Assembly: GCA_963814585.1 (NCBI GenBank)
Contig: CAWFDF010000008.1
Span: 544,001-608,000 of the forward strand
Direction of reading: 5' to 3'
From: an uncultured delta proteobacterium
GTDB taxonomy: Bacteria; Myxococcota; Myxococcia; Myxococcales; Anaeromyxobacteraceae
DNA: 64,000 nt
Below, piece by piece: positions 29,500 through 40,048 of this stretch; the stretch's first letter is position 1; each line of letters begins with the position of its first letter. Position numbers and translations under genes: made by a program. Under the pieces are notes generated by a model, which was not told the DNA's origin, did no database searches, and saw nothing but the letters and a program-made list of their open reading frames with translations.

Positions 29500-31089
29500 T
29501 CACCTGGACGACGACGGGGACCAGACCATTCGCTGCCCGGCCACCACCTGGACCGTCTCCTCCACCACGCCGGCCGTGGCGTGCTTGAGCTGGATCCGGT
29601 GGGCACCTGGCGGGAGCCGCAGCTCGCGCGGGCTCAGGCCGGCCGGCCGGCCATCGATGGTGATCTGCGATCCCGGCATGCCGAGCACCGTGACCACGCC
29701 CTCGGGGCCGCCGGCGGTCGCCGCCGCGGGCACGGCCGCGAAGGAGGGCCGCTCGGTCTTCTGGGCCGGAGCCGGCGCGCCGATCGGGGCCGGCACCGTG
29801 GCCTTCTCCGGAGGGCTCTCCAGCGGCGTGACCAGCGGCGCCGTGGGCGCTCGCACCCAGCTGAGCCCGTACCAGACACCGCCTCCGAGCAGCAGGGCCC
29901 CGATCACCGACACCGTGATGACGGCCAGGGCCCTGGCGGTCTCACGCGCCTCCTGGCGCGGGGCCGGGGTCGCCGGCCGATGTCGTGGCGTGGGCCGTGG
30001 TGCCGACGTGGGCCGCGACGCACCGGGCGGGGCCTGCGGCCTGGCCGTCGGTCCCGGGCGCGGAGACGGCCTGGTGCCGCCGCCGGGCATGGCGTCGACG
30101 ATCGCGGTGGCCTGGGCCCTGGGAGCCGACACCGGCTGCTCGCCCGTGGCGCTGCAGGCGAGCAGCTCGCGACGGAAGGCCATGGCGGACGGGAAGCGCT
30201 CCTGGCGATCCGTGGCCAGGGCCCGCATGATCACGGCCTCGAGATCGGGAGGAACGGCGAGGTCGGGGCGCCGCCTCCGCAAGGGCACCGGCGGCTCGAC
30301 CAGCATCTTCGCGACCAGGGCACCCGGGGTGGCGGCCTCGTACGGAAGCTTGCCCGCCACCAGCTCGTAGAGGACCACGCCGACGGAGTACAGGTCGGTT
30401 CGAGGGTCGAGCTCCTCCCCGCGAGCCTGCTCCGGGCTGGCGTATCCCGGGGTTCCACAGGTCATCCCCTCCCGCGTCAGCTTCGGTCCGCCGCTGCCGT
30501 CGCGGAGCTTGGCGATGCCGAAGTCGAGGACCTTGACCACGTCGGTCTCGTCGTGCCGGGTCTCCAGCATGACGTTCTCCGGCTTGATGTCGCAGTGCAG
30601 GATGCCCAGGGCGTGGGCCTCGGTGAGCGCGGCCAGGATCTGCGAGCCGATCTTGACGATCCGCCGGGCCTGGACGGGGAACTCGTCGGCGATGACCCGG
30701 GCCAGCGTGCGACCCGGCAGGTACTCCAGCGCCATGAAGAGCGTTCCGTCGTCGGCCTGGCCGAAGTCGATGATCGAGATGGAGTTGGGGTGGTTGAGCC
30801 GGGAGGCGGCGCGCGCCTCCCGGTGGAACCGGGCCACGATGGTGGGATCGGCCAGCAAGGCACGATTGAGGATCTTGAGGGCGACGGGGCGGTCGAGGGC
30901 GAGGTGGGTGGCGCTGTACACGACGCCCATGCCGCCGCGGCCGATGACCTGGTGGACGAGGTACTTCTGCGCCACCGTCTTGCCCACGAAGGGATCGTTG
31001 CTCGCGACCGCCGCAGGCGCCTCGGCTCCGCAGAACGGGCAGAACCTCGCCTTTCCGACATCGCGCATGCACGTGGTGCAGGTCGACAT
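29500..31089 (-). CDS. Hanks-type Ser/Thr kinase with Zn ribbon, TM and PEGA-like C-terminus
   Basis: CTTC/CPFC, GRGGMG, VALK, HCDIKPEN, DFG, GTPGYASPEQ. Confidence 0.92.
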   Translation of the reverse strand: MSTCTTCMRDVGKARFCPFCGAEAPAAVASNDPFVGKTVAQKYLVHQVIGRGGMGVVYSATHLALDRPVALKILNRALLADPTIVARFHREARAASRLNHPNSISIIDFGQADDGTLFMALEYLPGRTLARVIADEFPVQARRIVKIGSQILAALTEAHALGILHCDIKPENVMLETRHDETDVVKVLDFGIAKLRDGSGGPKLTREGMTCGTPGYASPEQARGEELDPRTDLYSVGVVLYELVAGKLPYEAATPGALVAKMLVEPPVPLRRRRPDLAVPPDLEAVIMRALATDRQERFPSAMAFRRELLACSATGEQPVSAPRAQATAIVDAMPGGGTRPSPRPGPTARPQAPPGASRPTSAPRPTPRHRPATPAPRQEARETARALAVITVSVIGALLLGGGVWYGLSWVRAPTAPLVTPLESPPEKATVPAPIGAPAPAQKTERPSFAAVPAAATAGGPEGVVTVLGMPGSQITIDGRPAGLSPRELRLPPGAHRIQLKHATAGVVEETVQVVAGQRMVWSPSSSR

Positions 31090-31272
31090 CCAGTGCGGCC
31101 CCCGGGTCAACGCTTGCTGTGGCACATAGTCGCGGCAGGGGGAGCCCGCTTGGATTCGTTGGAGGCCTGACGGGCCCGCTCCAACGATTCGCGAATCTGG
31201 CCAGGCCGGGGTGTAAGTTGATTCTTCCAGGCGCCTCTGGCTGCTCCAGCGGGCCCTCACAGGAGCTCGTCC

Positions 31273-31692
31273 ATGAACGAAGACTTCGCCGAGGCGATGA
31301 ACCGGCTCCCGGGCTGGGTCAGGGAGATGGGGGTCACCATCGTCACGGCCAGCGCCGACGAGGTGACCTGCGCGTGGGAGGTCACCGCCAAGCACCACCA
31401 GGGCTACGGGATCGTCCACGGCGGCGTGCACTGTGGCGTCATCGAGACGCTGGCCTCGATCGGCGCGGCGCTGGCGGCCCTGCCGCGCGGCCAGCGGGTC
31501 GTCGGCCTGGAGAACAGCACGTCATTCATCCGGGCGGTCACGTCCGGCCGGCTGAGGGGGAGCGCCCGCCCCGTGACGCGGGGCCGCACCACGCAGGTCT
31601 GGGAGGCGTGGATCCGGGACGAGCAGGAGAACCTGGTCGCGCAGGGGCGGGTCCGGCTGCTCTGCATCGACGAGAAGCGCCCGCTGGGGTGA
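31273..31692 (+). CDS. PaaI-family hot-dog thioesterase
   Basis: HHQGYGIVHGGV, ETLAS, GRTTQVW. Confidence 0.92.
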   Translation: MNEDFAEAMNRLPGWVREMGVTIVTASADEVTCAWEVTAKHHQGYGIVHGGVHCGVIETLASIGAALAALPRGQRVVGLENSTSFIRAVTSGRLRGSARPVTRGRTTQVWEAWIRDEQENLVAQGRVRLLCIDEKRPLG

Positions 31693-31727
31693 GCCCTGGG
31701 CGCGGCCGGCCAGCCGGGCCGCGCGCC

Positions 31728-33401
31728 TCAGGCCTCCCAGATGACGCCCTGGCCACCGGCGTACCAGCCCGGGACCTGCGGCGCGTACCTCGCCTCGATC
31801 ACCGAGCGCCTCAGCTTCAGCGACGGCGTCAACGACCCGTCCTCGATGGACCAGCGGTCCTTGGCCACCACCAGGAAGGCCAGCCGCTCGTACGCCGGAA
31901 GCTCGCGGTTGACGGACTCGCGCAGCCGCTCGAGCGCCGCGGTCACATCCGTCCGCAGCTGGGGCTCGCCGATCCGGTCGTGAAGGTGCTCGGCGAGCTG
32001 GACCACGGCATGGGTGGTGGCCTGGCCCGAGCCGGCGACGCAGCACAGCTCGATGTCGCCCGAGCGGTTGAGCAGGTTCTCGATCGGCGCCGGCGCCACG
32101 TACTTGCCCTTGCTGGTCTTGAAGAGCTCCTTGACCCGGCCGGTGATCATGAGCCGGCCCTCGGCGTCGATGACCCCCAGGTCGCCGGTCCTGAGGAAGC
32201 CGTCGGGGGTGAACGACTCGCGCGTCAGCTCCGGCTCCTTGTGGTAACCGGCCATGTTCCCGGGGCTCTTCACCAGGATCTCGCCGTCCTCGCCCAGCCG
32301 GCACTCCACCCCCTCGTAGGGCTGCCCCACGAAGCCGGGCAGGCCGCCGCCGGGCCGGGTGGCGTGCGAGTAGCCGACGTTCTCGGTCAGCCCGTAGCCC
32401 TCCAGCAGCTCGAGGCCGAGGTCGCGGTACCAGGTGATCAGCTCGGGCGGGATGGGGGCCGAGGCGCTGGCGGCGAAGCGCACCCGGTCGAGGCCCAGGC
32501 CCCTGAGGACCTTCTTCTTGACGAACGCCGACAGGATCGGGACCCGGAGCAGGAGCGCCAGCCGCCGCTCCGGCAGCCTGGCGAAGACGCCCCGCTGGAA
32601 CTTGAGCCACAGGCGCGGCACCGATGCGAAGAGCGTGGGCCGGGCGCGCTGGAGGTCCTCCAGGAAGGTGTCGATGCTCTCGGCGAAGGAGACCCGGTAC
32701 CCGGTCGCCAGCGAGCCGCACTCGGAGATCAGCCGATCCATGATGTGCGCCAGCGGCAGGTAGGAGAAGCCGCTGTCGCTGCCCCGGATCCCGAGCATCC
32801 GGACCAGGCCGTTCACCGAGTTCGAGAGCGACGCGAAGGTGTGGATCACGCCCTTGGGCTGGCCGGTGCTGCCCGAGGTGTAGACGATGAGGGCCCAGTC
32901 GTCGGCCGGCCGGCGCGGCTCGCCGTCGAGGGGCTCCTGGCTGGCGACGATGGCCTCCCACTTCGGCAGCGCCGTCGGCGGCGCCAGCGGCAGGGCCACG
33001 CAGGGCAGTCCCCGCGGAACCCCACGGGCGATCTCGTCCCAGGCGTCGAGCTTGCCGACGAAGAGCAGGCGGCTGTCGCTGTGCTCGAGGACGAAGCGCA
33101 CCGTGGCCGCCTGGTAGGTGGGGAAGAGCGCCACCGAGACGTGGCCCGCCATCCAGATGGCGAGGTCGGTGAGGAAGAAGTGGGCGCAGTTCTTGGAGGC
33201 GATGGCAATGCGGCTCCCCGGCGGGAGGCCGAGCGAGGCCAGGTAGGCCGCCATCCGCTTCGACTCGTCGAGCACCCGCCCGAAGGTGAAGTCCTCGACG
33301 CGCCCCCCACCCAGCGGCTGGGTCAGGTAGACGTCGTCGCGACGCGCGGCCGCGACCCGGTAGAAGGCGTGGAGGACGTGCTCGTCTTCGCGGACACTCA
33401 T
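31728..33401 (-). CDS. Long-chain acyl-CoA ligase (AMP-binding)
   Basis: YTSGSTGQPKG, YLPLAH, EGYGLTE, TGDLG, GRVKELFKTSKGKY. Confidence 0.93.
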   Translation of the reverse strand: MSVREDEHVLHAFYRVAAARRDDVYLTQPLGGGRVEDFTFGRVLDESKRMAAYLASLGLPPGSRIAIASKNCAHFFLTDLAIWMAGHVSVALFPTYQAATVRFVLEHSDSRLLFVGKLDAWDEIARGVPRGLPCVALPLAPPTALPKWEAIVASQEPLDGEPRRPADDWALIVYTSGSTGQPKGVIHTFASLSNSVNGLVRMLGIRGSDSGFSYLPLAHIMDRLISECGSLATGYRVSFAESIDTFLEDLQRARPTLFASVPRLWLKFQRGVFARLPERRLALLLRVPILSAFVKKKVLRGLGLDRVRFAASASAPIPPELITWYRDLGLELLEGYGLTENVGYSHATRPGGGLPGFVGQPYEGVECRLGEDGEILVKSPGNMAGYHKEPELTRESFTPDGFLRTGDLGVIDAEGRLMITGRVKELFKTSKGKYVAPAPIENLLNRSGDIELCCVAGSGQATTHAVVQLAEHLHDRIGEPQLRTDVTAALERLRESVNRELPAYERLAFLVVAKDRWSIEDGSLTPSLKLRRSVIEARYAPQVPGWYAGGQGVIWEA

Positions 33402-33531
33402 GCGTGGAGCCCCGGATCAGACCCCATCGAGGTGCCGATGTCGAGTCGGGACGGACCAGCAGGTCCAGCCCGGGCCGGCCGATGCTCGGCCACGGGTCGA
33501 GCCGGGGAGCGCTGGCCCGGAGGAGGGGCGC

Positions 33532-34161
33532 CTACCTCAGCGTCCGGACTGCGGCCATCGCCTCGGGGAAGATGGCGTCGGCGGTCTCGGCGGCGTGGAG
33601 CAGCTTCAGGCTGCCGGCCGGGAGGCGTCCCAGCTCGGCGAGGTAGAGCGCCCGCTGCTTCCGCAGGTCGTCGACCGTGAAGAGCCCCTTCATCTTGTCG
33701 CCCAGCTCCTGCGCCGCGGCCTCCGGGGCGAGATCGACGAAGATGGTCAGGTCGGGCGAGAGCGGTGGAGCGCCCGACATGCCGCGCGCTCGCGACTCCA
33801 GCACGTTCAGGTCCTCACGGAACCAGTCGTGGCCCTTCAGCTCGGCGTAGACCACCGAGGAGAGCGTGTAGCTCTTGCAGAGCACCGTCTTCCCGGCGGC
33901 CAGCTTCTCGCGGGCCACCGCCGAGACCCGCGCCCTCGACGCCAGCTCGAAGAAGAAGTCGGCGTCGAACCGGCCGTAGCGCCAGTTGCCGTCGAGGGCC
34001 GCGGCCCCCATGAGCTGGGCCCGGCCGCTGTCGGGGCTGTCGAGCTCGTAGACCTCGATCCCCTCGGCGGCCAGCCCGGCGCGCACCTTGTCCACCAGCG
34101 CCACCACCAGCCGTCCCGCGCCGTAGATGCCCTCGAAGACGATGAACTTACCCTGCTTCAT
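33532..34161 (-). CDS. Thymidylate-kinase-like protein with a degenerate P-loop
   Basis: GKFIVFEGIYGAGR, SSVVY, PDLTIFVD. Confidence 0.75.
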   Translation of the reverse strand: MKQGKFIVFEGIYGAGRLVVALVDKVRAGLAAEGIEVYELDSPDSGRAQLMGAAALDGNWRYGRFDADFFFELASRARVSAVAREKLAAGKTVLCKSYTLSSVVYAELKGHDWFREDLNVLESRARGMSGAPPLSPDLTIFVDLAPEAAAQELGDKMKGLFTVDDLRKQRALYLAELGRLPAGSLKLLHAAETADAIFPEAMAAVRTLR

Positions 34162-34201
34162 CCGTGTGCCCCCAGGCGCCCTTCAACGAGCGCGGACGAG
34201 T

Positions 34202-37093
34202 TCACTGCAAGACCGCCTTGAGCGCCTCGCCCGTGGTGGAACGACGCTGCTTCTCCACCTCGCGCGGATCGACCTCGACGTGCTTCTCGTCCGGGGTGAT
34301 CTTGAACAGGGGCTGCCCCTTCTGGACGATGGACCCCTCGCCGCCCTGGATGATGATCCTGTCGAGCGTGCCGGAGAAGGGCGCGCGGACCGTGTTGAAC
34401 ATCTTCATCACCTCGATGATGTAGAGCGGCTGCCCCTTGTCGAAGTGCATCCCCTCGGTGACGAAGCGCGGCCGGCCCGGGGCCTCCTGCCCGTAGTACA
34501 TGCCGCCGCTCACCGCCACGATCTCGTCCGCCTTGGTCTGCGGCGGCGGGACCAGCACCTTCTTCATGCGGGCCTGCAGGTCGGCGTCGTTGAGGTGGGC
34601 CGGGATGGTGACGTCGAGGTTGTCCTCGACGCGGAACCCGAAGAACTTCACCTTCTCGGCGATGGTGAAGAGCATGCCGAGCAGCTCGTTGCCGGCCTCG
34701 AAGCCGAGGTGGGCCGATTGAATCCGCTCCCACGCCGCGGCGTCGTATCCGCCCTGCGGCGACTCCTTGCGGAGCACCTCGTCGAGCTCGTTGAACTGCC
34801 CCTCGCCGAGGCCGAACCTGGAGCGCAGCTCGGCGTAGAAGCGGGTGGCCCGCGACAGCAGCGCCTGGTCGTGCTCCCAGATGACCTCGGCGGCGGGGGC
34901 CTTCGGGTCCCAGGCCATGTTGAGGTACTCGTAGGTCTCCTGGAGGATCCCCAGCGGGTTGCGGCGCCACGCCAGCTTCCCGCCCTCGATCCGGAAGTCG
35001 TTCCGGTGAAGGCTGAGCCAGCCGGAGAGCAGGTGCGGGTCCTCGAGGAGCCGGTCCATGGGGCGCGTCAGCAGCGTCCCCTTGCGGTCGAGCACCTCGG
35101 ACATGGCCTTGACCATGGCCGGATCGTCGGGGTGGCTCGCCGCCGCGCGCTTGGCGTAGTGCTTCTTCATCTCCAGGAAGGCGAAGACCGTGTCGATCCT
35201 GGTCGACTCCTCCTTGAGCTGGCCCACCAGCGTCAGGTAGGGCACCACGAAGCGGGTGGTCGGCTTGGCCATCACGTTCTGGCCGATGAACCAGTTGACC
35301 AGGCCGTAGTGGAACTCGAGGTTGGTGGCGACGTCCTGGCCGCGGAGGCTGGTCCGGGCCAGCACCGTGGAGAGGTGCTGGTAGCTGGCCAGCCGGTCCT
35401 CTCCCTTGGTCAGCAGCAGCGCGATGTTGGAGTCGTAGGCGCCGGCCACCCGGTAGCGCATGAACATGCCGGTGTCCGGGTTGGGCAGGCTGATGCCCTG
35501 GTCGTCGCGGATCTCGCCCTCGATGGGCGTCGACCAGAAGCGGATGACGCCGCCGGCGTGGGGCGAGAGCGAGGCGTCGGTGGCGTTGAGCCGCGCCTCG
35601 GCGGCGGCGCCGAAGCGCGGGAGCCGCACCGGCCTGGGGAGCCGCCTCTTGTGGCGCGCCAGCAGCGCCATGGCCTCGACCAGCGACTCGACGACGAAGG
35701 CGTCGCTCGGATCGTCCGGATTGGTGAACTTGAGGCTGTAGCAGAGCTCCGAGACCCGGTGCTCCACCTGGATGCGGGTGTTGACCTCCATGAAGTAGTA
35801 GCGATCGCGATCGACGATGCACTCGAAGGTGGAGGCCGAGTCGAGCCCGACCGCCTGTCCGAAGCGCGCCGCGTCGGCCTCCATCCGCTTGAGGATCTCG
35901 AGATCGGTGGCCAGTGACTTCGCCTCGGCCTTCCGGCCGGCCTTCTCGGCGCGCTCGACGGCGTCGGCCAGCCCTTCCTGGGTCACCGAGATCTCCAGGA
36001 GCTTCTGCTCGTGCATCTGCAGCGAGCAGTCGCGGCCGCCCAGGGAGACGCACCAGTCGCCGTTGCCGAGCAGCTGGATCTCGTTGTGGCGGGTCTGCTC
36101 GATGTTGAGCTCGATGAGGACGTTCTTGTTGTCGCCGACGCCGGTGGCCTTGACCTCGCTGAGCACCTCGCGCACCAGCGCGGGGGCCTCGGCCGAGGCC
36201 GCGGCGACGTCCTTGTCGGTGGCCTTGGCCAGGGTCAGCAGCGAGCCGCCCAGGATGCGCTGGCCCTTGCCGCCTCCGCCGCCGATGGCCTTCAGTCGCA
36301 CCCGGCTCTGCGGGTGCTCCTTGAACATGGCGGCGACCTCCTTCTCCACCTGCGCGCCCAGCTCGTCGATGGTGTAGAGATCCTGGCCGCTGGCGTAGCA
36401 GGCCGCCAGGATCTGGTCGGCCAGGTCCTCGAGCGAGAGCTTCTCGTTGGCCACGACCTTGGGGTCGACGCTCAGCTTGCGGGCCTCGATGACCGCCAGC
36501 AGCTGCTTCCGCGTGGGGAACTTGGCCACCACGGTGCGAGCCGTGACGTTGTTGATGCCCGGGGTGACGCTGACCTTCACCTCCAGCGCGGTCCGCTTGG
36601 CCTCGTCCTTCTTGCCGGCGCGGGCCTGGGTCGTCGAGTTGGGGCCGATGAACTTGAGGCCGGCCTTCTCGAGGGTGGCGACGAACTCCTCGTCCTCGGC
36701 CATGAAGCCGTAGCCGGCGAACACCGAGTCGTAGCCGTTGTCGTGCGCGATCTGCACGATCTGGTTCATGCGCTCGACGCGCTCCTCCTTGCTGGCGCCG
36801 GAGTAGTCGGGCACCCGGTGGACGCGGCTGGTGTCGTTGAACTGGCGCAGCTCGGGCGCCAGCGCGTTGGGGTAGACGATCGAGTCCTTCTCGGAGAGCA
36901 GGATCCCGTAGTGGCTGATCCCCATCTCCTCGAAGACGTCCATGGCCTCCTTGCGGATGGGGCCTCGGCAGACGATGAGCGGCTTCAGGTCGGTGCAGGC
37001 GAAGGAGCGGACCCACTCCGACTTCGACTCCCCGAGGCGGCGGTCGCGGTGGATGAGCGGGTTGTGGCGGTACAGGTCGGTGGGCAGGGCCAT
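34202..37093 (-). CDS. Acyl-CoA carboxylase biotin carboxylase-BCCP subunit
   Basis: AGYGFMAE, GGGGKG, RDCSLQ, EVNTRIQVEH, YDSNIA, biotinylation motif EVMKM. Confidence 0.93.
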   Translation of the reverse strand: MALPTDLYRHNPLIHRDRRLGESKSEWVRSFACTDLKPLIVCRGPIRKEAMDVFEEMGISHYGILLSEKDSIVYPNALAPELRQFNDTSRVHRVPDYSGASKEERVERMNQIVQIAHDNGYDSVFAGYGFMAEDEEFVATLEKAGLKFIGPNSTTQARAGKKDEAKRTALEVKVSVTPGINNVTARTVVAKFPTRKQLLAVIEARKLSVDPKVVANEKLSLEDLADQILAACYASGQDLYTIDELGAQVEKEVAAMFKEHPQSRVRLKAIGGGGGKGQRILGGSLLTLAKATDKDVAAASAEAPALVREVLSEVKATGVGDNKNVLIELNIEQTRHNEIQLLGNGDWCVSLGGRDCSLQMHEQKLLEISVTQEGLADAVERAEKAGRKAEAKSLATDLEILKRMEADAARFGQAVGLDSASTFECIVDRDRYYFMEVNTRIQVEHRVSELCYSLKFTNPDDPSDAFVVESLVEAMALLARHKRRLPRPVRLPRFGAAAEARLNATDASLSPHAGGVIRFWSTPIEGEIRDDQGISLPNPDTGMFMRYRVAGAYDSNIALLLTKGEDRLASYQHLSTVLARTSLRGQDVATNLEFHYGLVNWFIGQNVMAKPTTRFVVPYLTLVGQLKEESTRIDTVFAFLEMKKHYAKRAAASHPDDPAMVKAMSEVLDRKGTLLTRPMDRLLEDPHLLSGWLSLHRNDFRIEGGKLAWRRNPLGILQETYEYLNMAWDPKAPAAEVIWEHDQALLSRATRFYAELRSRFGLGEGQFNELDEVLRKESPQGGYDAAAWERIQSAHLGFEAGNELLGMLFTIAEKVKFFGFRVEDNLDVTIPAHLNDADLQARMKKVLVPPPQTKADEIVAVSGGMYYGQEAPGRPRFVTEGMHFDKGQPLYIIEVMKMFNTVRAPFSGTLDRIIIQGGEGSIVQKGQPLFKITPDEKHVEVDPREVEKQRRSTTGEALKAVLQ

Positions 37094-37142
37094 CGGTCTC
37101 TCTCTCTGGACGAGCGGCGGGCGGTGGGCGACGGGCCTTCGC

Positions 37143-38867
37143 TCAGTGGAACTCGCGCTGTGGGCCGGTCATCGCGGAGGGCTGGTAGTGGCGCATCAGG
37201 AAGCCGATGTTCTCGGCCAGCGCCTGCCGCAGGTCGGTCGGCATGACGATGGAGGAGATGGAGCCGAGCGAGAGCCCTTCCTTCGGGTTCATCAGCTCCC
37301 GCTCGTACCGCTGGTTGAGCAGGGTCTCCTGCGCCTTCACCCAGTCGGCCGCCTCCTTCTCGGCGTCCCGCTTGGCCTCGGCGCCGTCCATGCCGGCGGA
37401 GGTGCGCGTGGCGATCCCCTTCTTGACCAGCTCGGCGACCGCGCCGCGGATCTTGCGGAGCTCGTCCTTGTAGACGAACTCCTTCCCGGCCGGCCCCATC
37501 ACCGCGAGCCGGGTGGTGGGGAGCGCCAGCACCAGGTCGGCGCCGGTGGGGTAGTTGTTGTAGGAGGCGTAGGCGCCGCCGAAGGCGTTGCGCAGGATGA
37601 GCAGGATGCGCGGCGTTCGCACGTCGACGATGGCGTCGAGCATGGAGCGGCCGGCCTGGACGATGCCGCGGGCTTCCTGCTCGCGGCCGGGGAGGAAGCC
37701 GGTGGTGTCCTCCATGAAGATGATGGGGATGTTGTAGATGTTGCAGAAGCGGACGAACCTGGCGATCTTGACGGCGCTGTCGCAGTCGATCTGGCCGGAG
37801 CCGACGGCGCTGTTGTTGGCCACGAAGCCGACCACCTGCCCGCCCAGCCGGCCGAAGGCGGTGACCGCCTCGCGGGCGCGCTCCGGCTGGATCTCGAAGT
37901 AGTCGCCGTAGTCGCAGACGCCCTGGATGATGATGGAGACGTCGAAGGGCGTGTTGAAGCCGGATGGAGAGTTGAAGGCCTTCTTCAGCAGCGTGTTGAT
38001 CTCCCAGGTCTTGCGGTCGATGGGATCGCTGGTGGGCTGGAACGGCGCCGACGTGCGGTTGTTGTCCGGGATGTAGGAGAGCAGCCGCACCGCCTGGCGC
38101 AGCGCCGCCAGCTCGTCCTGCACCGTGAGGTCGGCGACGCCGGAGGCGCCGTGGACCTTGGGGCCGCCCAGCTCCTCGGGCGTGATGTCCTCTCCCAGCA
38201 CCGACTTGACGACGCCGGGGCCGGTCAGTCCGAAGAAGGTGTCGCCGGGCTGGATGACGAAGCTGCCCTGCCTCGGCAGGTAGGAGCCGCCACCGGCGTT
38301 GAAGCCGAACATGCACATGATCGACGGGACCACGCCGCTGATCTTGCGGAGCGCGGTGAAGGCCTCGGCGTAGCCGTCGAGCCCGCCGACGCCGGCCGGC
38401 ACGAAGGCGCCGGCGGAGTCGTTCATGCCGATGAGCGGCATCCCCTTGTCGCCGGCCATGCGGAACAGGCGCGCCAGCTTGTTGCCGTTGGTGGCGTCCA
38501 TCGAGCCGGCCCGGACCGTGAAGTCGTGGCCGTACACCGCCACGTCCCGGCCGCCGATGTCGAGGATGGCGGTGACCAGCGAGGCGCCGTCGAGGTTCTT
38601 GCCCCAGTTCTGGTAGAGGACGTTGGGCGGCTTCTGGGAGAGCACCTTGAGCCGCTCCCAGACCGTCATGCGCTTCTTGAGGTGCTGCTTCTCGATGGCG
38701 TCGACCGGCACCGAGCGGATGGGGCGCAGGATGAGGTCGTACCCCTCCTTCATCGCCTCCTCGTAGGGGCCGGTGGCTCGGGAGATCTCGCCGGGGATGG
38801 TGAACTCCACCTTCTCCGGCGGATCGAACGGATTGATCAGGGACGGTCTGATGGCCTTCGTGGTCAT
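37143..38867 (-). CDS. Acyl-CoA carboxylase carboxyltransferase subunit
   Basis: [41 protein letters not shown]. Confidence 0.93.
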   Translation of the reverse strand: MTTKAIRPSLINPFDPPEKVEFTIPGEISRATGPYEEAMKEGYDLILRPIRSVPVDAIEKQHLKKRMTVWERLKVLSQKPPNVLYQNWGKNLDGASLVTAILDIGGRDVAVYGHDFTVRAGSMDATNGNKLARLFRMAGDKGMPLIGMNDSAGAFVPAGVGGLDGYAEAFTALRKISGVVPSIMCMFGFNAGGGSYLPRQGSFVIQPGDTFFGLTGPGVVKSVLGEDITPEELGGPKVHGASGVADLTVQDELAALRQAVRLLSYIPDNNRTSAPFQPTSDPIDRKTWEINTLLKKAFNSPSGFNTPFDVSIIIQGVCDYGDYFEIQPERAREAVTAFGRLGGQVVGFVANNSAVGSGQIDCDSAVKIARFVRFCNIYNIPIIFMEDTTGFLPGREQEARGIVQAGRSMLDAIVDVRTPRILLILRNAFGGAYASYNNYPTGADLVLALPTTRLAVMGPAGKEFVYKDELRKIRGAVAELVKKGIATRTSAGMDGAEAKRDAEKEAADWVKAQETLLNQRYERELMNPKEGLSLGSISSIVMPTDLRQALAENIGFLMRHYQPSAMTGPQREFH

Positions 38868-39217
38868 GTGTCGCGTTCCTCGTGCGTTCCGGCTGGCGCG
38901 GCGATAATCGAGCGGATAGGTCAATCAACCCGAACGGTTGCAGCGCTGCGTCTTCCCGATTGGGAGGCGCATCCTGACAAGGCGGGGGCCACGAGGCAAG
39001 CCATTCGAGATCCCGAACGTTCGATGTTTGCTGGCACATCGCGTCATCCAGGGTGGGGCGGGGCACGAGACCCTGCATGGCCGCGGGACTTCTGGTATAG
39101 GTGTCCCGGCAGTGCGGACCTGGATTCCAGCCGCACGCCGAACAACGCCAGCGCCTACGCCGACAACGCGAGCCTGGCCGCCGCCCGAAAGAGCGAGCGC
39201 CTTCCCTGAGTGGTTGA

Positions 39218-39535
39218 TTGGAGCACCGCAACTTGAACGAACCTCGCCACACCAAGCCGCGGCACGACCGCCCGGCCCGTCGCCAGCGCCGCACCCTCCG
39301 CGGAGCGGGTCCGCAGGCCCAGTTCATCCCCGTCACCGCAGAGGGCTTTCCGGCGGCCGTGCCAGACGTCCCGCCACCATCCCCGGCGGTGTTCACCACC
39401 GAGGCCGCGCGCGCCACCTACCCGTGGCTCCCGGCCCGGGTCATCGCCGGGAGCATCTGGCGCGGCCCGGCGCACGTGAAGGTCCGCGTCGACGCCGCGG
39501 GCGAGGCCGCCCCCTGGCCGCCTCCGCGCCCGTGA
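39218..39535 (+). CDS. Possible small hypothetical protein
   Basis: ORF with mostly G/C third positions; GGAG precedes TTG 39233; no motif recognised. Confidence 0.4.
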   Translation: MEHRNLNEPRHTKPRHDRPARRQRRTLRGAGPQAQFIPVTAEGFPAAVPDVPPPSPAVFTTEAARATYPWLPARVIAGSIWRGPAHVKVRVDAAGEAAPWPPPRP

Positions 39536-39566
39536 GCTGAATCGCCTCCGCGCCCATGAGCTGAAG
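39519..39566. repeat. 24-bp tandem duplication
   Basis: CGCCTCCGCGCCCGTGAGCTGAAT / CGCCTCCGCGCCCATGAGCTGAAG. Confidence 0.75.
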
Positions 39567-39599
39567 GCCTCGGTGTCCCGATTGAGGACGTCTCCGGTC

Positions 39600-39734
39600 C
39601 TCGCAATTCTTGCGAGTTCTCCAGGTGGGGCGCAGCCGACGCGCACCGCGCTGGCCAGGCGATCCTGGCCGAGTCGTGAAAGCACTTGCGATTCGCGGTC
39701 TTCCGGCGGACCCCTGGTTGGTGCGCTACGTGCA
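39600..39734 (+). promoter_or_regulatory. Putative sigma54 promoter with an upstream palindrome
   Basis: CTCGCAA-TTC-TTGCGAG (39600-39616); TGGTGCG-CTAC-GTGCA (39719-39734) has exact GG-N10-GC spacing. Confidence 0.5.
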
Positions 39735-39823
39735 TCCACCTGGAACTTCAGAGGATTCAGACCGGTCGACTCCATTTTGGCGTCCGGGCAGACCTCGAAC
39801 AACCCGAACGACGGAGAAGAACG

Positions 39824-40012
39824 ATGGCGAACCAGATCACCGAGGACTGCACCAGCTGTGGCGCCTGCGAGGCCGAGTGTCCGAGCGGGGCGATCGCCGA
39901 GGGCGACGACCGCTACGTGATCGACGCGGCCAAGTGCGACGAGTGCGCCTCCCATGGCGGCACGTCGGCGTGCCTGGAGGTCTGCCCGACCGAGTGCATC
40001 GTCAAGCTCTAG
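39824..40012 (+). CDS. 2[4Fe-4S] ferredoxin (62 aa)
   Basis: CTSCGACEAECP and CDEC-x8-CLEVCP; GGAG RBS. Confidence 0.95.
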   Translation: MANQITEDCTSCGACEAECPSGAIAEGDDRYVIDAAKCDECASHGGTSACLEVCPTECIVKL

Positions 40013-40048
40013 GTCGAAGCCGCCCCGAGGCCATGGCCTCGCCGGCCC

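Noticed and set aside
38870..39215. Possible riboswitch or sRNA upstream of the carboxylase operon
   Set aside because: Only imperfect hairpins and no family signature recognised; an Rfam/Infernal scan would be needed.
39519..39566. Tandem repeat as a CRISPR remnant
   Set aside because: Only two adjacent copies, no spacers, and no cas genes in the window.
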